In this document: positions 58,362 through 62,071 of the stretch, one piece after another
How the letters are laid out: each line of letters begins with the position of its first letter
Numbering within the stretch: the first letter of the stretch is position 1
Origin: a virus
Lineage: Duplodnaviria > Caudoviricetes
Strand: one strand, 5' to 3'
Virus record (IMG/VR): IMGVR_UViG_3300025000_000102
Location: 1-62,071 of that record
DNA length: 62,071 nucleotides
Notes under the pieces: model-generated
Seen by the model: only the letters and a program-made list of their open reading frames with translations
The model's database searches: none
Told to the model about the DNA's origin: nothing
Program-made: the position numbers and the translations under genes

Positions 58362-59723
58362 ATGAACATACTAAACATCGAAGAATTAACTGTACTAGAG
58401 ATCAAGGAAGATCGTGACTATTTCATAGTGGCGGAGATGGCTTCTCCGCCTTCTTACTGTCCTCACTGTGGCTGTGTGCCCAATCTACAGGGGTTCGGTG
58501 GTAAGACACAACTAATCATGGATACGCCTTCTCATGGTAAGCGTGTAGGTATTTCCTTGCGTCGCAAGCGTTATCGTTGTAAGGAGTGTACTAGGACTTT
58601 CATGGAGCCGTTAAAGTTTGTTGATGAAAGCCGTTCAATGACTAAACGGTTGGTGGAATATATCGAGAAGCAATCCTTAAAGCGTACCTTCACTAGCCTT
58701 AGCGAAGAAATAGGACTTGACGAGAAGACTATCCGCAACGTATTTAAGGACTATGCCAAAGAGCTTGAGAAGCACCTTCACTTCGCCACACCTGTCTGGC
58801 TGGGCATTGACGAAGCCCATCTACTACACAACTTCCGCTGCGTCATATCTAACGTCAAGGATAAGACAATCCTTGAGATGCTAAAGGAACGCAGTAAGCC
58901 AACAGTGATTAGTTACCTTAGCCGTTTGCCGGATAAGGACAGGGTCGAGATAGTGTGTATGGATATGTGGCAACCATACCGGGATGCTGCTAACGCAACA
59001 CTTCCTCATGCCAAGGTAGTGATAGACAAGTTTCATGTGGTTAAAGGAGCCAGCATAGCCCTAGAGGGTATTCGTAAGTCGATACGGCAAGGGCTGACCG
59101 ATAAGCAGCGTAAGACCTTAATGCATGATCGGTTCACTCTCCTTAAACGCAAGTCATCATTAAAACCATTCGAACAAATGAAGTTGGAGTCATGGACAGC
59201 TAACTATCCCGAATTGGGATTGGCATATAAGCTCAAGGAAGACTTCTATGAGATCTTTGACGATAGCAAAGACAGGTATGAAGCGTATGATCGTTACCAG
59301 GCGTGGAAAGGTGAAATGCCATCGTCTATGGTGCCTCATTTTGAGCCTCTAATGACTTCAATGAGGAATTGGGAGCCTGAGATACTTAACTACTTCGAAC
59401 TGCCAAGCAAGCGTGCCACGAACGCTTACACTGAGGCATTAAACGGATTGATCAAGATTGTTAACAGAAATGGTCGTGGGTACTCATTCGATGTCCTTAG
59501 GGCCAAAATACTGTTTACGGAAGGAGTTCAAAAGGTGAAGAGGAATAACTATAAGCACAAGGATACTGATGTTGTTGCTGAGGTTGGCGCCAACATTGCT
59601 GATGGCGACCTAGAGAGTATAGTTCAATACATGTTGGAAAACTTTGATCGGAACCCTGGTGAGACCTTTTCAACACTCACCCAAGATATGACGGATGAAG
59701 AGAAGGAACTGTTTTCAACATGA
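58362..59723 (+). CDS. ISL3-family transposase
   Basis: CPHCG/CKEC zinc finger, LGIDE, CMDM, IDKFHV, TNAYTEALNG.IK...R.GRGY. Confidence 0.95.
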   Translation: MNILNIEELTVLEIKEDRDYFIVAEMASPPSYCPHCGCVPNLQGFGGKTQLIMDTPSHGKRVGISLRRKRYRCKECTRTFMEPLKFVDESRSMTKRLVEYIEKQSLKRTFTSLSEEIGLDEKTIRNVFKDYAKELEKHLHFATPVWLGIDEAHLLHNFRCVISNVKDKTILEMLKERSKPTVISYLSRLPDKDRVEIVCMDMWQPYRDAANATLPHAKVVIDKFHVVKGASIALEGIRKSIRQGLTDKQRKTLMHDRFTLLKRKSSLKPFEQMKLESWTANYPELGLAYKLKEDFYEIFDDSKDRYEAYDRYQAWKGEMPSSMVPHFEPLMTSMRNWEPEILNYFELPSKRATNAYTEALNGLIKIVNRNGRGYSFDVLRAKILFTEGVQKVKRNNYKHKDTDVVAEVGANIADGDLESIVQYMLENFDRNPGETFSTLTQDMTDEEKELFST

Positions 59724-60404
59724 TAATCCGATTACCCATTATTTTTTGCATAGCGGAAGAACTAAGAGTTGCGGTTGCTATAATATCGAGCGATTGAAGT
59801 CATACGGGCATTCATGTAAGCAAGATAATCCAAAATCTCATACTAGAATGTATAGCATATGGAATGGCATGAAGGATAGGTGTCTGAATCCTAATAATGA
59901 TAGATACTATGATTATGGGGGTAGAGGGATAACTTTATGCGACAAATGGTTATCATTTGACGGTTTTTACGAGGATATGAAGGAAGGTTACGATGATCTC
60001 CTTACTATCGACAGGATAGAAAACGACAAAGGTTATTCCTTGGATAATTGTAAATGGTCCACGAACGAAGAACAGTCAAACAATAAACGCACTAATCTGA
60101 AATTGACCTTTAACGGAGAAACTAAAACAGCGAAAGAATTTTGCCAAATATTCAATATCAACGAGGATACATTAAGGTCTAGATTAAAGAGAGGGTGGAG
60201 CCTAGAGAGGGCATTAACTTGTAACTCAAAAGTATGTAAATCTCCTCGTGATTTAAGCGAAAAAATTCAATGTGCTTGTGGTTGTGGAGAGGTAATTGGT
60301 AGATTTGATAGGTATGGTAGGGAAAGAAGGTTTATATCTGGTCATAACGGAAGGAAAATGTAGATCAATAATATTCGCCGTGTAAGTGAGGAGGAGGGGT
60401 TAGT

Positions 60405-60773
60405 TTGGATACATCAGAACGAATTTGTGTAGTCGGATCAGGTCAATCATTATCAGATGTGATCAAATATTTAGGCTGCGAACACAACGCGGAGCTAACG
60501 CTTGCCATCGCTAACATCTTGGATCGATCAATATTCAAAGAGATGGCCGATGAATTCATGAAGATGGCCGAGAAGTTTAACTCTTTTCTCGCAGATATGT
60601 TACGAGCTGGATATCCTACTCCCACCAAATGGTACAACCCAATAAACCTACACAACTACCGCAAGATGCACCGCATTACGCCGAGGAGAATTGTTAAGCG
60701 AAGGGATAGGCAGAGTCGAGGGAGTATTTCGTTGTTGAGGGTTGAGCGTGATGACGAGGAGGAGATAGTATGA
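60405..60773 (+). CDS. Hypothetical protein
   Basis: GGAGG RBS, TTG start. Confidence 0.5.
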   Translation: MDTSERICVVGSGQSLSDVIKYLGCEHNAELTLAIANILDRSIFKEMADEFMKMAEKFNSFLADMLRAGYPTPTKWYNPINLHNYRKMHRITPRRIVKRRDRQSRGSISLLRVERDDEEEIV

Positions 60774-61174
60774 AATCCCCAAACGAACTCCGTGAATGCC
60801 CACATGGGTGGACGGGGTGCGAACTGTGCGTAAATCTAACGGCCTGTCAAGATGGAACGTATATCCCGGAGTCTGAGCCTGTCGAGCATGAACTGATACC
60901 GGAGCTCACGCCATCCGTCGAAGAACTCACAACCGACTTAGGTGTCGTTATTCCCCATGAGAGAGGGACGTGGTTCGATAAGTTTAGTAAACTTAGCCAT
61001 AACGACAGGCTTAAGGAGATTGCAAGGTATCCGATTCCAAACTTACATTCTGTCGCAGATCCCTATAAGGCTGAACAGGGTGCGATTGTTCCAGGCGGGG
61101 GTAAATCCGGAAGGATCAAGAAAAGCAACAAGGGAACAAAGATACCTCTTGAGCCGTGGACATCCCAAGTATAA
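60770..61174 (+). CDS. Hypothetical protein with N-terminal Cys cluster
   Basis: ATGA overlap; CPH...CELC...C. Confidence 0.55.
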   Translation: MKSPNELRECPHGWTGCELCVNLTACQDGTYIPESEPVEHELIPELTPSVEELTTDLGVVIPHERGTWFDKFSKLSHNDRLKEIARYPIPNLHSVADPYKAEQGAIVPGGGKSGRIKKSNKGTKIPLEPWTSQV

Positions 61175-61196
61175 TCCTTCAGGATAACATAGATTG

Positions 61197-61225
61197 TTGA
61201 CAATGGATAGGCTATGAGGTATCAT
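61197..61225 (+). promoter_or_regulatory. Sigma-A promoter
   Basis: TTGACA-17-TATCAT. Confidence 0.7.
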
Positions 61226-61231
61226 TAGTGG

Positions 61232-61420
61232 TGAGGTTCGGACCCAAAAAGGTGTCTGGGCCTCTTCTTATGCAAGGTAGCACTAATATGCAATGTCGCG
61301 TTGGTACTCAGGATACGAGACCTGATAACTTTTCGGTGGTTTGTTACACACACAACGGACAAAACCGAACCTTGCTAATAATTAAAACCTAAGACACCTC
61401 CAACTCGGAGGTGTCTTTTC
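61232..61420 (+). ncRNA. Candidate structured small RNA / late leader
   Basis: Between promoter and terminator; multi-stem fold closed by GCAAGG/CCTTGC; internal ORF lacks an RBS. Confidence 0.4.
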
Positions 61421-61422
61421 TT
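61391..61422 (+). terminator. Rho-independent terminator
   Basis: AAGACACCTCC-AACTC-GGAGGTGTCTT followed by TTCTT. Confidence 0.75.
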
Positions 61423-61455
61423 ATTGCCCCATCTCACTCGAAGGAGGTGACCACC

Positions 61456-61659
61456 ATGTCAAACCCAAAGTGCTGGCATTATAGCGAGAAGGACTCTGAA
61501 TCCCAACCTACATGTCTTAACTGCCATCACTGGGGCTGGACACGGTGCAAGGATGAGGCTCTGCTGATGCATAGGATCGGGGAGACGGAGAGTTTAATGA
61601 GGCATGACTCGTTCACGAGGGGTAGAGGTGGGATTAGGCAGATGAGGAGAGGGTCGTGA
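61456..61659 (+). CDS. Small Cys-rich hypothetical protein
   Basis: AAGGAGGTG RBS; C-terminal RGRGGIRQ.R. Confidence 0.6.
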   Translation: MSNPKCWHYSEKDSESQPTCLNCHHWGWTRCKDEALLMHRIGETESLMRHDSFTRGRGGIRQMRRGS

Positions 61660-61663
61660 CGTA

Positions 61664-62026
61664 ATGGCGCTAAAAAAGTTCTGCCCTCATCGAGGATGTA
61701 CGGCGCTAGTCGAGTCTGGTCGATGCGAACTACATACAAAAGATAAGCAAGCAGCACGTAAGCAGTACGACAACAACCGTCCGGAGTGGCACGTTTTATA
61801 TAACTCAGACCGATACCGCAAGGCAAGGCTGAGATTCCTTCGAAACAATCCTTTGTGTGTTGACTGCGAGAAGCGTGGACAACTAACACCAGCGACAAGG
61901 CTCGACCATATCAAGGACCACAAGGGCGATCTTATTTTGTTTTGGGATGAGAGTAATTGGCAGGGGTTATGCGAGCGAGACCATAACCGTAAGACGGCGA
62001 GGACTAACCCGAGAGGGAAAACGTAA
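61664..62026 (+). CDS. Packaging-associated HNH endonuclease (HK97 gp74-like)
   Basis: PLCVDC...DHI..H.GD..LFWD..NWQGLC..DHN.KT; last gene before cos/terS. Confidence 0.92.
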   Translation: MALKKFCPHRGCTALVESGRCELHTKDKQAARKQYDNNRPEWHVLYNSDRYRKARLRFLRNNPLCVDCEKRGQLTPATRLDHIKDHKGDLILFWDESNWQGLCERDHNRKTARTNPRGKT

Positions 62027-62071
62027 GGGGTAGGTGGGGGTGTAATTCCTTCACACCTTTTGCTTTTAAAC

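Larger units (their letters stand above)
56791..59737 (+). mobile_element. ISL3-family element with cargo genes (2947 bp)
   Basis: IRL GGCTATTCGGATTAACGTGTTTAA, IRR (rc) GGGTAATCGGATTATCATGTTGAA; 8-bp TSD ATTATTTT at 56783-56790 and 59738-59745. Confidence 0.92.
56662..60363 (+). pseudogene. HNH/AP2-associated endonuclease gene split by ISL3 element
   Basis: 5' part DLVGKRF.RL.V...WNCICDCG (56662-56790) joins in frame to LHSGRTKSCGC...W..MK.RC...YGGRGI...IDRI.N..GY...NC.W (59746-60363). Confidence 0.85.

Noticed and set aside
61272-61376. tRNA gene
   Set aside because: Closing stem present but no TTCRA T-loop or canonical D/anticodon arm geometry; kept only as ncRNA candidate

Overview
This looks like a complete ~62 kb temperate siphovirus genome in linear, terminase-first order. 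The host is a spore-forming Firmicute, probably Desulfosporosinus/Desulfitobacterium-like (inferred from protein styles). Layout: HK97-type head and non-contractile tail genes (50-18086); lysis (18431-20450); a mostly reverse-strand accessory block (20500-27100); lysogeny (large serine integrase, ImmA-like protease, repressor, Cro; 27129-30577); early/replication genes (ParB-like, fused SbcD-SbcC, ERF-like, SSB, SF2 helicase, VRR-NUC, primase-DUF927 helicase with a GTGGGGCA iteron cluster); nucleotide-metabolism genes; and a terminal HNH. Most notable: (1) an FtsK/SpoIIIE + relaxase-like + SpoIIIAC/AD-like + M23 operon next to sigma-H-type promoters and Spo0A-like boxes, possibly a sporulation-linked DNA-transfer device; (2) a 2.95 kb ISL3 element with four cargo genes splitting an HNH-type gene, with clear IRs and an 8-bp TSD; (3) a ~40-nt hairpin/pseudoknot+RBS motif shared between that cargo and an unrelated phage operon 36 kb away; (4) a probable attP inside the integrase ORF; (5) a promoter-to-terminator structured non-coding unit ahead of the late genes. 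All calls come from reading motifs by eye; no database searches were run.
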